Assembly (NCBI GenBank): GCA_964552565.1
Contig: CAZKGL010000001.1
Span: forward strand, 499,061-563,060
Origin: an uncultured Gammaproteobacteria bacterium
Lineage (GTDB): Bacteria; Patescibacteriota; Patescibacteriia; UBA9934
Direction: 5' to 3'
DNA length: 64,000 nucleotides
A program made the translations under genes and the position numbers. The notes beneath the pieces are model-generated. The model made no database searches. It was not told where the DNA came from and worked only from the letters and a program-made list of their open reading frames with translations. Of this stretch, positions 54,788-63,551 are shown in pieces. How positions within the stretch are numbered: position 1 is the first letter of the stretch; the number at the start of each line of letters is the position of its first letter.

Positions 54788-54965
54788 ACGAAAATAGTGA
54801 TAATGCCATGCCGTACATGCACATGGTATAAGGAACGACCCTGCGCGTCTATTGCTCGGCCCAAGGAGGCCGCATTTTGCCCCCAACGAAAATACCGCTG
54901 CATCAGCGGTATTTTTGCGGCACGGCATCGCGAGCCAAGCGAGAACTCTTGCAACAACGGTGTGA

Positions 54966-55304
54966 TCACCCGTTTCCGCAATTCTTGCCGACAACCTTTT
55001 CGTTGACATCAAAATAGACTTCCAGTCCACCATCCCAATCCGGAAGGTCATACAGCCACCCTGACGTTATCTGCTGCTCCAGTTCACCTTGACCAAAGCG
55101 ATCGCCGCCGAGCTCCTCCTTTACTACTTTTTCATCAGGTTGCCCAAGTACCTCCGCTACCTCCTCTGCCGTCATTTCGTTTTCAATGCGATCGAAGTCT
55201 GGGTAAGTACAAGCGAACCTGTTGTCCGAAATTCGTTGATAGCCCAGATACACCGCGATACCGACGAGTAGAGCCACGGTAATTCCGATTGCGGTCGCTT
55301 TCAT
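54966..55304 (-). CDS. small membrane-anchored protein
   Basis: N-terminal TM MKATAIGITVALLVGIAVYLGY. Confidence 0.45.
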   Translation of the reverse strand: MKATAIGITVALLVGIAVYLGYQRISDNRFACTYPDFDRIENEMTAEEVAEVLGQPDEKVVKEELGGDRFGQGELEQQITSGWLYDLPDWDGGLEVYFDVNEKVVGKNCGNG

Positions 55305-55437
55305 AGCATCTCTTATTTTCCACGATGCTATCAGATCATCACGTAAAGTTCTATGCCCTCGTGGCCCAAACTAAAGATTTTATTCTTACTAGCAGAATCT
55401 TTTGTGGCGGCCTTAGTGCACGACCTGAGAACTCTTG

Positions 55438-55845
55438 CTACGTTAAATCCGTGAATGGATTCCATGCAACTTCCCAAACGTGACCGTCGAGATCTTCGAA
55501 GTAGCCAGAATATCCGCCCCAAAATGTGTCTTGCGCTGGACGAATAATTTTTGCTCCTTGGCTGACAACTTCAGCAAACACGGCGTCGACTTTTTCTTTG
55601 GATCCGACATTGTGCCCGAGTGTAATGCCCGAGAAAGCACCTCGCCCCTTTTCTTTTCCAGCGTCTTCTGCGAGTTTTTCGTAAGGGAAGAGGGCGACTT
55701 TTGTTCCTTCAGTATCAAACATGACGAAATCGTCGCCATCTCCGCTCAGAATAGAAAATTCGAGCGAGGTATAAAATTGCGTTGCGCGAGGAATGTCTTC
55801 GACCCCTAAGGTAATGAGGCTAACTTTTGGTTTCATATACATCAA
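55438..55845 (-). CDS. VOC/glyoxalase-bleomycin-resistance fold protein
   Basis: paired beta-alpha-beta-beta-beta modules, ~130 aa. Confidence 0.6.
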   Translation of the reverse strand: MMYMKPKVSLITLGVEDIPRATQFYTSLEFSILSGDGDDFVMFDTEGTKVALFPYEKLAEDAGKEKGRGAFSGITLGHNVGSKEKVDAVFAEVVSQGAKIIRPAQDTFWGGYSGYFEDLDGHVWEVAWNPFTDLT

Positions 55846-56117
55846 TCTATGAATCGATAATGGAGCCGTTTGAATGTGAGCTCAAGCTGAGCCTTTAGCT
55901 GTCCGCGTCCTTTGCCGCCTTTTAAAAACTTCTCGCGTCGCTTTGCTTCTTGTTCCGTGGGGTACGCCTCGTAATAAATGAGTTCGAGAGGACGTCGGTG
56001 CATTGTCGCTGCCACAAGCCCCTTCGAATGACGATCGAAACGTTCCATCACATCCGAAGAATAACCGATGTAAAGCTTCCCATCTTGTTTGCTGTAGAGA
56101 ACATACGTGAAGAACAT
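55842..56117 (-). CDS. GIY-YIG nuclease-family protein
   Basis: MFFTYVLYSKQDGKLYIGYSSDVMERFDRH = GIY-YIG core; alt start 56171; track start 56279 is TTG. Confidence 0.7.
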   Translation of the reverse strand: MFFTYVLYSKQDGKLYIGYSSDVMERFDRHSKGLVAATMHRRPLELIYYEAYPTEQEAKRREKFLKGGKGRGQLKAQLELTFKRLHYRFID

Positions 56118-56295
56118 AGTCTGTTTATTGTAACGCAAAACGAGCCGCGATGGCTCGTTTTGGCTACTCATGTGACCTGAGTTTGCGCACTCGCTTGGCG
56201 AGGTGGGTCCGCTGAGCGGACCTATCCACCCAGCATCGCTGGGGTACAGCCAACGCTTAGCGTTGGCCATTGTGCACAAACCCAGCTCAGCTGGG

Positions 56296-56370
56296 TGGCA
56301 GGGACGCAGGGATTCGAACCCTGAATAACGGTTTTGGAGACCGTTGTGATAGCCATTTCACTACATCCCT
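56296..56370 (-). tRNA. tRNA-Trp(CCA), 75 nt, CCA encoded
   Basis: AGGGATG/CGTCCCT acceptor, anticodon loop CTCCAAA, T-loop TTCGAAT; close to E. coli tRNA-Trp. Confidence 0.85.
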
Positions 56371-56430
56371 CCGTTTCGATTGTCGGGCAAAGTATACGGG
56401 AAACCGGAGGTTTTGTAAATACAGAAGACA

Positions 56431-57042
56431 CTACCCGCCGGGACGGGTAGTGCCAGTGCCTTGCGCGCGTTCGCACAGGGCATCGAAGAGCGCGATGAGC
56501 TCGGGGTGTTCGAGGATGGGCTCGGTCGTGAAGAAGAACTCCGCGGCGATGACCTGGTGCCCCTGCTCCTCGTAGCACACCGCCTGGATGCACGCCTCCA
56601 GCTTGTCGAGCTGGTGCAGCACCTGCGCCTCGGGCGTCGCGCCGTCCTCGAAGGCGCGCCACATGGCGTACATGCGCCCGCCCCACTCGCCGAGCGGCAG
56701 GAGAATCTCCCGCATGGCGGCATCCTCCAGGCGCCGCTTCTCCGCCTTTACCCGCGCCTTCTCATCGGGACCGAGCGTATCGGTGACGATGTCTTCGGTC
56801 AGGCTTTCGGCGAGGTCGTGCAAGAGCGCCATCTGCACCGTGACGAGCGGATCGAGCCCCAGGCGGTCCGCCATGAGGAGCGCGAACATCGCCAGGCTCC
56901 AGCTGTGGTCCGCGACGCTCTCGGCGCCGGGGACGCGGCGCGTCTTGTACGTGTGTGCATCCGGGAACTCCTTGTTCCAGCCGGCGCGCGCCGTGCGCTT
57001 GAGCGCCTCGATGCGCATCATGAACACGAGGACGTTGTGCAT
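56431..57042 (-). CDS. HD-domain phosphohydrolase (YfbR-like 5'-deoxynucleotidase)
   Basis: H..HD motif (ADHSWSLAMFALL), LHDLAE. Confidence 0.7.
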   Translation of the reverse strand: MHNVLVFMMRIEALKRTARAGWNKEFPDAHTYKTRRVPGAESVADHSWSLAMFALLMADRLGLDPLVTVQMALLHDLAESLTEDIVTDTLGPDEKARVKAEKRRLEDAAMREILLPLGEWGGRMYAMWRAFEDGATPEAQVLHQLDKLEACIQAVCYEEQGHQVIAAEFFFTTEPILEHPELIALFDALCERAQGTGTTRPGG

Positions 57043-57107
57043 GCTCACCTCCAAAGCGCACCATTCGTACCAATCTGTACGCGGCATGTCAACGCAGCGG
57101 CGCACAT

Positions 57108-57617
57108 TTGCCCGACCGGGAAACGCGTGGCATGCTCGCGTATATGGCCCTCGAGATCATCGTCGCAATCCTCCTCGTCCTGTGCCTCGTCATGGCGTGC
57201 ATCCCGACGCTCCCCGGCATCCCGCTCATGTTCGTCACCACGCTCGTATATGGGCTCGTCGACGGCTTCCAGACGATGCCCGCGTGGTGGCTTGCAGTGT
57301 TCGGCGGTATTACGGTCCTGTCGATGCTCGTCGATACCTTCTCCGGCATGCTCGGGGCAAAGCTCGGCGGCGCAAGCCGGCGCTCGCTCCTTGCCGGCAT
57401 GGCGGGCCTCTTCATCGGCCTTCTCTTTTTCCCGCCGCTCGGCCCGTTCATCGGGCTCTTCCTCGGCGTGCTCATCGCGGAAATCGTCCAAGCGAAGGAC
57501 CATGCGAAGGCCATCAAAGCCGCTGCCTCGTCGCTTGCCGCCGCCATCGTCGGGACGCTGACGAACATCACCCTCGCCCTCGCGTACGTCGTGACGTTCC
57601 TGATTGTGGTGTTTTAG
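57108..57617 (+). CDS. DUF456-family membrane protein
   Basis: 4 TM, Gly-rich helices. Confidence 0.5.
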   Translation: MPDRETRGMLAYMALEIIVAILLVLCLVMACIPTLPGIPLMFVTTLVYGLVDGFQTMPAWWLAVFGGITVLSMLVDTFSGMLGAKLGGASRRSLLAGMAGLFIGLLFFPPLGPFIGLFLGVLIAEIVQAKDHAKAIKAAASSLAAAIVGTLTNITLALAYVVTFLIVVF

Positions 57618-58387
57618 TGTTTCAATCCGTATCCCCTCTTGAGCAGCCGGAGGTTCACAGTCCACATCGCCACGATGACGACAAAAAGGATGCCGGCGGA
57701 AAGCCACGGGTTGAACGCGCCCGTGCCGTAAAAGCCGTAACGGAACCCGTCGACCATGTAGACGATTGGGTTGAACTTCGAAATGCTCTGCCATGGTTCC
57801 GGCAACGACGCCACCGAGTAGAACACGCCGCCGAGGTAGGTGAGCGGCGTGAGGATGAAATTGCTGAAGAGCGTCGTGTCGTCGAACGACTTCGCGAACA
57901 TGCCGTTAAAGAACCCGGCAAGCGCAAACACGAGGCCGGTGAGGACGGCGAAAATGACGATGACGAACGGGTGCTCGATGGACGGCCGCGTGAACAGCGT
58001 ACTGACGCCGACGACAAGGCTGCCGGTGAGGAGTCCGCGCGCAAGGCCGCCGGTAATGAAGCCGCTGAGGATCGTCGTGCTTGTCATCGGCGATACGAGC
58101 ATTTCTTCGATGCTCCGTCCGAACTTGTTGCCGTAGAACGAGCCGACGACGTTCGCGAAGGAGTTCTGGATGACGGTCATCATGACGAGGCCGGGGACGA
58201 TGAACGCCATGTACGGAACGCCGTCGATCGCGCCGACCCGGGACCCGATGAACGTGCCGAAGACGAGGAAGTACAGCGACTGCGTGATGATCGGCGGAAG
58301 GAGCGTCTGTTTCCAAATACGGAAGACGCGCCCGACTTCCGTGCGGACGATCGTTTGGTATGCGACCCAGTTCGTTGCGAAACTCAT
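57614..58387 (-). CDS. ABC-2 type transporter permease
   Basis: 6 TM, ABC-2 signature region; overlaps ATPase gene stop. Confidence 0.75.
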   Translation of the reverse strand: MSFATNWVAYQTIVRTEVGRVFRIWKQTLLPPIITQSLYFLVFGTFIGSRVGAIDGVPYMAFIVPGLVMMTVIQNSFANVVGSFYGNKFGRSIEEMLVSPMTSTTILSGFITGGLARGLLTGSLVVGVSTLFTRPSIEHPFVIVIFAVLTGLVFALAGFFNGMFAKSFDDTTLFSNFILTPLTYLGGVFYSVASLPEPWQSISKFNPIVYMVDGFRYGFYGTGAFNPWLSAGILFVVIVAMWTVNLRLLKRGYGLKH

Positions 58388-59295
58388 ACGCGTTTGCCGA
58401 CCACGTCCATGAAGAGTTGTTCGAGACGGTTCGTGCTCGGACGGATGTCGCGCACCGCCATGCCGGATGCCGCAACCGCGGCGAGGAGCGGCTGCAAATC
58501 GTCGGGACCTGCAATGACGGCCTCGAACGTGTCGTCGTCAATGCGCCGCGTCGAAACCGCGGGAAGCGATGCGATGTTCTTCATCGCGTCGACGGTCACG
58601 AGGTACGACTGTTTCTCGAGCGAGGCGACGATGCTGCGCACGCTGCCTTCGCGGACGATACGCCCGTGGTCGATAATGGCCATGGTGCGGCACATCTGCT
58701 CCACCTCCTCAAGATAGTGCGTCGTGAGGAGCACCGTCGTCCCGTTGGCGTTCAACGTGCGGAGGTACTCCCACATGCCATGGCGCAGTTCGACGTCGAC
58801 GCCCGCCGTCGGTTCGTCGAGGATGAGCAGCTTCGGCTTGTGCACAAGGGCGCGGGCGATCATGAGGCGGCGCTTCATGCCGCCGGACAGGGCACGCGAC
58901 GGCGCGTTGCGCTTGTCGGTGAGCCCGAGCGTCTCGAGCAATTCGTCGACCCTGCCTTTTGCTTCGGCGCGGGAGACGCCGTAGTACCCGGCTTGGCCGA
59001 GGATGATGTTCTGCACGGATTCGAAAATGTTGAAATTGAATTCTTGCGGCACGATGCCGATTGACGCGCGCACGCCCTCCGGGTCGGCATCGAGATCCTT
59101 GCCGAAGACCGACACGCTGCCGCCGGACTTCACGACGAGGCCGCACAAGATGTTGATGAACGTCGTCTTCCCCGCCCCATTCGGGCCGAGGAGCGCGAAA
59201 AAGTCGCCCTCGGCGACAGCGAGCGACACGCCGTCGAGCGCCTTGGTGCCCTTGGCGTATTGTTTTGTGACCGATGTTGCGGAAATGGCGTCCAT
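58384..59295 (-). CDS. ABC transporter ATP-binding protein
   Basis: Walker A GPNGAGKTT, signature LSGGMKRRL, Walker B LLILDEPT; start at internal Met MDAISATS. Confidence 0.85.
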   Translation of the reverse strand: MDAISATSVTKQYAKGTKALDGVSLAVAEGDFFALLGPNGAGKTTFINILCGLVVKSGGSVSVFGKDLDADPEGVRASIGIVPQEFNFNIFESVQNIILGQAGYYGVSRAEAKGRVDELLETLGLTDKRNAPSRALSGGMKRRLMIARALVHKPKLLILDEPTAGVDVELRHGMWEYLRTLNANGTTVLLTTHYLEEVEQMCRTMAIIDHGRIVREGSVRSIVASLEKQSYLVTVDAMKNIASLPAVSTRRIDDDTFEAVIAGPDDLQPLLAAVAASGMAVRDIRPSTNRLEQLFMDVVGKRV

Positions 59296-59397
59296 AGACA
59301 ATACGACAGAGTGTACCCTGCGGATGCGTGGATTGACAAAACAGGCCGTTCCGCGCAGAATTCTTGGAAGAATCTTGGCATCCTTATCGCACTCCGT

Positions 59398-59922
59398 ATG
59401 AACCTCCACGCACTTCCGGCAGGCAAGGACGCGCCGCGCGACATCAACGTGTTCATCGAGATCCCGCACGGATCGTCCGTAAAATACGAGATCGACTACG
59501 ACAGCGGCTGCCTGTTTGCCGACCGCTTCCTGCACACGCAGATGACCTACCCTGCGAACTACGGCTTCATCCCCTCGACGAAGTCGGGCGATGGCGACGC
59601 CGTCGACTGCCTCGTCGTCACCGAGTCGCCGCTCCTGCCGGCGTCCGTCATCCGTTGCCGCCCGATCGGCGTGCTGAAGATGGAAGACGAGAGCGGGACG
59701 GATGAGAAGCTGATCGCAGTGCCGCACGATAAGGTGAACCCGTACTTCAAGAACGTGAAAAGCTGGGAAGACCTTCCGGAGATCCTCACGAAGAAAATCG
59801 AGCACTTCTTCACGCATTACAAAGATCTTGAGCCGAACAAGTGGGTAAAAGTGCTCGGCTGGGGCGGCCCGGACGAGGCGATGACATTCATCGAAGAAGG
59901 CCTACAACGCGTCAACGGCTAA
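59398..59922 (+). CDS. ppa: inorganic pyrophosphatase
   Basis: family-I PPase motifs (INVFIEIPHGSSVKYEID, DGDAVDCLVV, DEKLIAVPHD). Confidence 0.85.
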   Translation: MNLHALPAGKDAPRDINVFIEIPHGSSVKYEIDYDSGCLFADRFLHTQMTYPANYGFIPSTKSGDGDAVDCLVVTESPLLPASVIRCRPIGVLKMEDESGTDEKLIAVPHDKVNPYFKNVKSWEDLPEILTKKIEHFFTHYKDLEPNKWVKVLGWGGPDEAMTFIEEGLQRVNG

Positions 59923-59949
59923 CACAAAAGCACTCCGCGGCGACGCGGG

Positions 59950-60477
59950 GTGTTTTTGTGTATGCTAGAGTATGTCCGCGAGGTGGACATGCCGACGAAC
60001 GCCGTATGGCGCACGTGGCCCGTCACGTGCGCAATCATCCTCATCGCCGCGAGCTACCTCGCGACGCGAAATACCATCAGCTGGCCGGTGCTGTTCGGCG
60101 ACAAGCAGGTCGCGATGTTCGACCTGTGGTCGCTGCAACACTTCCTCACCGGCATTCTTATTGGATGGTTCGCCGTCCGGCACCCGTCGCCCGTGGTCGC
60201 CACGATCGGCCTTGCCTACGCGTGGGAGGCGCTCGAATGGTTCATGGAGGACGGCGGCATGGGCGCACGGATTGCGTCCTGGAAGGCCGGCAACGAGCAC
60301 TGGGCGAACCGCTGCATCGGCGACCCCGCCATGGTGTCGCTCGGCGCGATGCTCTCCATGCGTCAACCGCGCGTCCTGTGGGCTGCGCTTCCCTGCGCCG
60401 TCGGGTGGCTCGCCGTCAACGCGCTCGCGAAGGACTGCATGACGGTCCAAAAACACCTTCTCGCGCTGCTCCCGTAG
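59950..60477 (+). CDS. membrane protein, unknown function
   Basis: 4-5 TM helices. Confidence 0.45.
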   Translation: MFLCMLEYVREVDMPTNAVWRTWPVTCAIILIAASYLATRNTISWPVLFGDKQVAMFDLWSLQHFLTGILIGWFAVRHPSPVVATIGLAYAWEALEWFMEDGGMGARIASWKAGNEHWANRCIGDPAMVSLGAMLSMRQPRVLWAALPCAVGWLAVNALAKDCMTVQKHLLALLP

Positions 60478-60504
60478 CCCCGCACCGAAGACCCCTCGTC
60501 TCGG

Positions 60505-60996
60505 ATGCGGGGCGCTTCGTACTTGTCTGTAGAGGCCGGTTGGCATACCATCCGTGCGCCAGGCGGATCCCCCACCCCCCGCCTTCCGGAGGTCTCCTTG
60601 TCCCGTCCCACCAAGAAGCCGAACGTCGCGTCCATCACCACCCGCCGCAAGCGCGCCACGAAGAACGCCCAGGCGCGCTTCCCCGGCCGGCCGCTCGCCT
60701 ACCTGGGCGGCGTGCTCCACTTCATGGATGCGGAGCCGCCCGTGCGGGTTCCGGACACGCCGGTCATCCTGCGCGAGGGTGCGGAGGACACGGGCCTCGC
60801 GGCCGCCCGCAAGAACGGCTGCCGCGCCGTGCCGCACTCGCCCGTCATCGTGAAGGGCAACCGGCGCTCCGTGAGCCCGAAGCGGCAGACGACCACCTCC
60901 GCGCCCCGCAAGGATCCGTTCTCCGATTCGTTCCGCGACCCGTGGGCCAGCCGCTACAGCGGTGAGGTCGGCGACGTCTTCGGAAGCCGGTGGTGA
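60505..60996 (+). CDS. basic hypothetical protein
   Basis: 163 aa Arg/Lys-rich; followed by GC hairpin terminator. Confidence 0.35.
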   Translation: MRGASYLSVEAGWHTIRAPGGSPTPRLPEVSLSRPTKKPNVASITTRRKRATKNAQARFPGRPLAYLGGVLHFMDAEPPVRVPDTPVILREGAEDTGLAAARKNGCRAVPHSPVIVKGNRRSVSPKRQTTTSAPRKDPFSDSFRDPWASRYSGEVGDVFGSRW

Positions 60997-61057
60997 ACTC
61001 GCGTCCCCGCGCCAATGAAGGACCCCGCGTCCTCGTGGCGCGGGGTTCTTCGTCTCT

Positions 61058-61095
61058 GTATCGAAAAAACATCCGGCCGGATGTTTTTTCGATAC
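61058..61095. repeat. 38-nt perfect palindrome GTATCGAAAAAACATCCGGCCGGATGTTTTTTCGATAC
   Basis: read directly; intergenic upstream of HAD hydrolase gene. Confidence 0.7.
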
Positions 61096-61181
61096 GGCAC
61101 GTCGGCAACTATTATCTCGCGACCGTGAGTTTTTTTGTTCCCGTATGTTCCCAACAAACGAAAAATGCTACCATCCCCGGT

Positions 61182-61832
61182 ATGCAATGCAACGTCGTCA
61201 TCTTCGATTTTGACGGGACGCTCGCCGACACCATGACGGCGATGCTTGCGATATACAACGACGTCGCGCCGCGGTTCGGCTGCACGCCGATCGACCTCGA
61301 TGACGTCGAAACAATCCGCTCACAGCGGCCGCAAGAAATCATGCACCGCTACGGCGTCACGCTGTGGAAACTCCCCTTCCTCGCGTTCGTCATCCAGTCG
61401 CGGTTCAAGAAACGCGCGTCGTCCGTGCGGCCGCACAACGGCATCCCCGAGGCGCTCCGCGCGCTCAAGGAACGCGGCGCCACGCTCGGCGTCCTCACCT
61501 CGAACTCCGGCGCGAACGTCCGCGCGTTCTTGCGCGAACAAAGTTTGGACGACGTTTTCGATTTCGTCGTGTCGTACCGCAACCTCTTCGGCAAGGACCG
61601 CGCATTACGGCGCATCATGCGCCACCGCGGCATCGACGCGGTGTCCGTCGCGTATGTCGGCGACGAAACCCGCGACATGGAAGCTGCGCGCCGCGCCGGC
61701 GTCTTGGGCATCGCGGTCACGTGGGGGTTCCAAAACCGGGACGCGTTCAACCGGGTGCATCCGGATGTCATCGTCGACGCGCCGTCCCAACTCATCGACA
61801 TGCTCACGCTCGGTGAGAGGTCGCACAAATGA
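61182..61832 (+). CDS. HAD-superfamily phosphatase (PGP-like)
   Basis: motif I VVIFDFDGTLADT, motif III/IV VAYVGDETRD; start at internal Met MQCNVV. Confidence 0.75.
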   Translation: MQCNVVIFDFDGTLADTMTAMLAIYNDVAPRFGCTPIDLDDVETIRSQRPQEIMHRYGVTLWKLPFLAFVIQSRFKKRASSVRPHNGIPEALRALKERGATLGVLTSNSGANVRAFLREQSLDDVFDFVVSYRNLFGKDRALRRIMRHRGIDAVSVAYVGDETRDMEAARRAGVLGIAVTWGFQNRDAFNRVHPDVIVDAPSQLIDMLTLGERSHK

Positions 61833-61835
61833 AAA

Positions 61836-61911
61836 CCATCCCGAGGCGGCTGCCGAGGGACCTAGAGAAACGCCGATGAGCGTTCTAGGTCCCTCCTGGC
61901 GTCGGGATGGT
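61836..61911. repeat. family-B ~75-nt palindromic element (CCATCCCGAGGCGG..GAGGGACCTAGAG..CTCTAGGTCCCTC..CGTCGGGATGG)
   Basis: occupies exactly the gap between convergent stop codons; second copy at 63456. Confidence 0.7.
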
Positions 61912-62786
61912 CACGTGAGCGTGAAGTCGTCGATGACCCAGATGTCGGTCGGGAGGTCGACCGGCCGGCTGCAGGTCGTGTTGACGTAAACCGCGAGCGG
62001 CCACCGCCGGCCCGCCGCGCGGGCGAGCTCGTACCAGGCGACGACGTTGGCGGGTTCGTTGTCCATGAAGCCGACGACGTAGGGCTTGCCGCCCGGCATC
62101 GTCTCGCGGAACCACCCGGCCTTGAACGCCGCGTCCGGCATGGCGAAGCTCGGCTTGCACACCAGCATGTCGCGCGGGAGGTTGTCACGGATGAGCGCGC
62201 GCTCGGTCCCCTCGCGCATCCCTTCCGGGAACTCGCCGCCCTCCTCGGGTTCGTGCCGGCCGGTGAGATGCAGGACCTTCGCGCCCTGTTGCTTGACCTG
62301 CCAGAGCACCTGCGCGACGCCGGGAACGAGGCGGTCGGCCATGACGCCCGCGTTCGAGAAGAACCCGGTGCGCCAGTGCGCGAGCCACGACTGCCGCAGC
62401 TCGGACCGGTGCTCGATGACGTGCCCGCGGGTGACGTGGTCCCAGTTGTCCTCCGGCAGGTAGAACGGCCGGCGGCGGTTGTCGAAGAGCTCGGCGACCT
62501 CGACCATCATGCGCTCGTACCCGGGGTGGAACCGCAGGTGCGCGGTGAGGAAGCTGCGCAGCAGCAGCGCGGTGCGGCCGGTGTCGTAGACGACGCCGTC
62601 GACGTCGGTCGCGAAGGCGATGTCCTCCTGGAGCACGCCGAGATGGATGGCGGCCTCGACCGCGAGGCGGACCTTGGCGATGAACGAGACGGCGCTGATG
62701 CGCTGGCGGTCGGGGTTGAAGCGCCCCTTCATGGGGTGGTCGTCGTGGACGCGAATGAGCATGGGCAGTACCTCCGAAACCCGCAC
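61911..62786 (-). CDS. HAD-like hydrolase family protein
   Basis: DVDGVVYDT motif I-like, downstream K and DNE motifs; weak. Confidence 0.45.
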   Translation of the reverse strand: MRVSEVLPMLIRVHDDHPMKGRFNPDRQRISAVSFIAKVRLAVEAAIHLGVLQEDIAFATDVDGVVYDTGRTALLLRSFLTAHLRFHPGYERMMVEVAELFDNRRRPFYLPEDNWDHVTRGHVIEHRSELRQSWLAHWRTGFFSNAGVMADRLVPGVAQVLWQVKQQGAKVLHLTGRHEPEEGGEFPEGMREGTERALIRDNLPRDMLVCKPSFAMPDAAFKAGWFRETMPGGKPYVVGFMDNEPANVVAWYELARAAGRRWPLAVYVNTTCSRPVDLPTDIWVIDDFTLT

Positions 62787-62825
62787 CAGTATGACGAAAC
62801 TGTGCTAGTATGTCAACGTTTTCCT

Positions 62826-63431
62826 ATGCGCTGGACCGCGGACGAACGTCGACAATTGGGACGGCTCACCACCCCTGCAAAAATCCAGGACTTTTTAAAC
62901 GCGCTCCCGTTCCACGCCGTCCCGGACAACGACACCTGCATGTCGCCGCGGCGGGTGTTGCGCGAGAAGACGGCGCAGTGCATGGAGGGCGCGATGTTCG
63001 CTGCGGCGGCGCTGCGCTTCCACGGGTACCCGCCGCTCGTACTTGACCTCGAGGCGGAAAAAGATGACGCCGACCACGTGGTCGCCGTGTTTCGGGATCG
63101 CGGGTGCTGGGGCGCGATTTCCAAAACCAACCACGCGGTACTCCGCTACCGCGAACCGGTCTACCGCAGCGTCCGCGAGCTCGTCATGTCGTTTTTCCAC
63201 GAGTACTTCCTCAACAACGGCAAAAAGACGCTGCGCGCGTATTCGCTGCCCGTGGACTTGTCGCGTTTCGATACGCAGGGGTGGATGACGAGCGAGGATG
63301 ACGTCTGGTACATCCCGGAATACCTCGTCGACGTCCGCCACTACCCCATCCTCACGCCCCACCAGCGCCGCAGCCTCAGAAAAGCGGATGCGATTGAAAT
63401 CGCGGCGGGGAAGATTACTGAGTGGCGGTAA
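62826..63431 (+). CDS. hypothetical protein (Cys/His-containing, transglutaminase-like fold possible)
   Basis: start at internal Met MRWTADERRQ; upstream 190 aa of track ORF is antisense artefact. Confidence 0.4.
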   Translation: MRWTADERRQLGRLTTPAKIQDFLNALPFHAVPDNDTCMSPRRVLREKTAQCMEGAMFAAAALRFHGYPPLVLDLEAEKDDADHVVAVFRDRGCWGAISKTNHAVLRYREPVYRSVRELVMSFFHEYFLNNGKKTLRAYSLPVDLSRFDTQGWMTSEDDVWYIPEYLVDVRHYPILTPHQRRSLRKADAIEIAAGKITEWR

Positions 63432-63455
63432 GAACGAGCTCGGTTTACACATGAA

Positions 63456-63529
63456 CCATCCCGAGGCGGATGCCGAGGGACCCAGAAAACGCTGATGGGC
63501 GTTCGAGGTCCCTCCTCACGTCGGGATGG
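63456..63529. repeat. family-B palindromic element, copy 2
   Basis: ~88% identical to 61836-61911; again between convergent gene ends. Confidence 0.7.
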
Positions 63530-63551
63530 TTCTTCATTTTCTCCTCAAGTG

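Noticed and set aside
56172-56295. second tRNA or tmRNA adjacent to tRNA-Trp
   Set aside because: No cloverleaf with consistent acceptor/T-arm could be built and there is no tmRNA tag-reading frame. These are probably terminator/leader hairpins.
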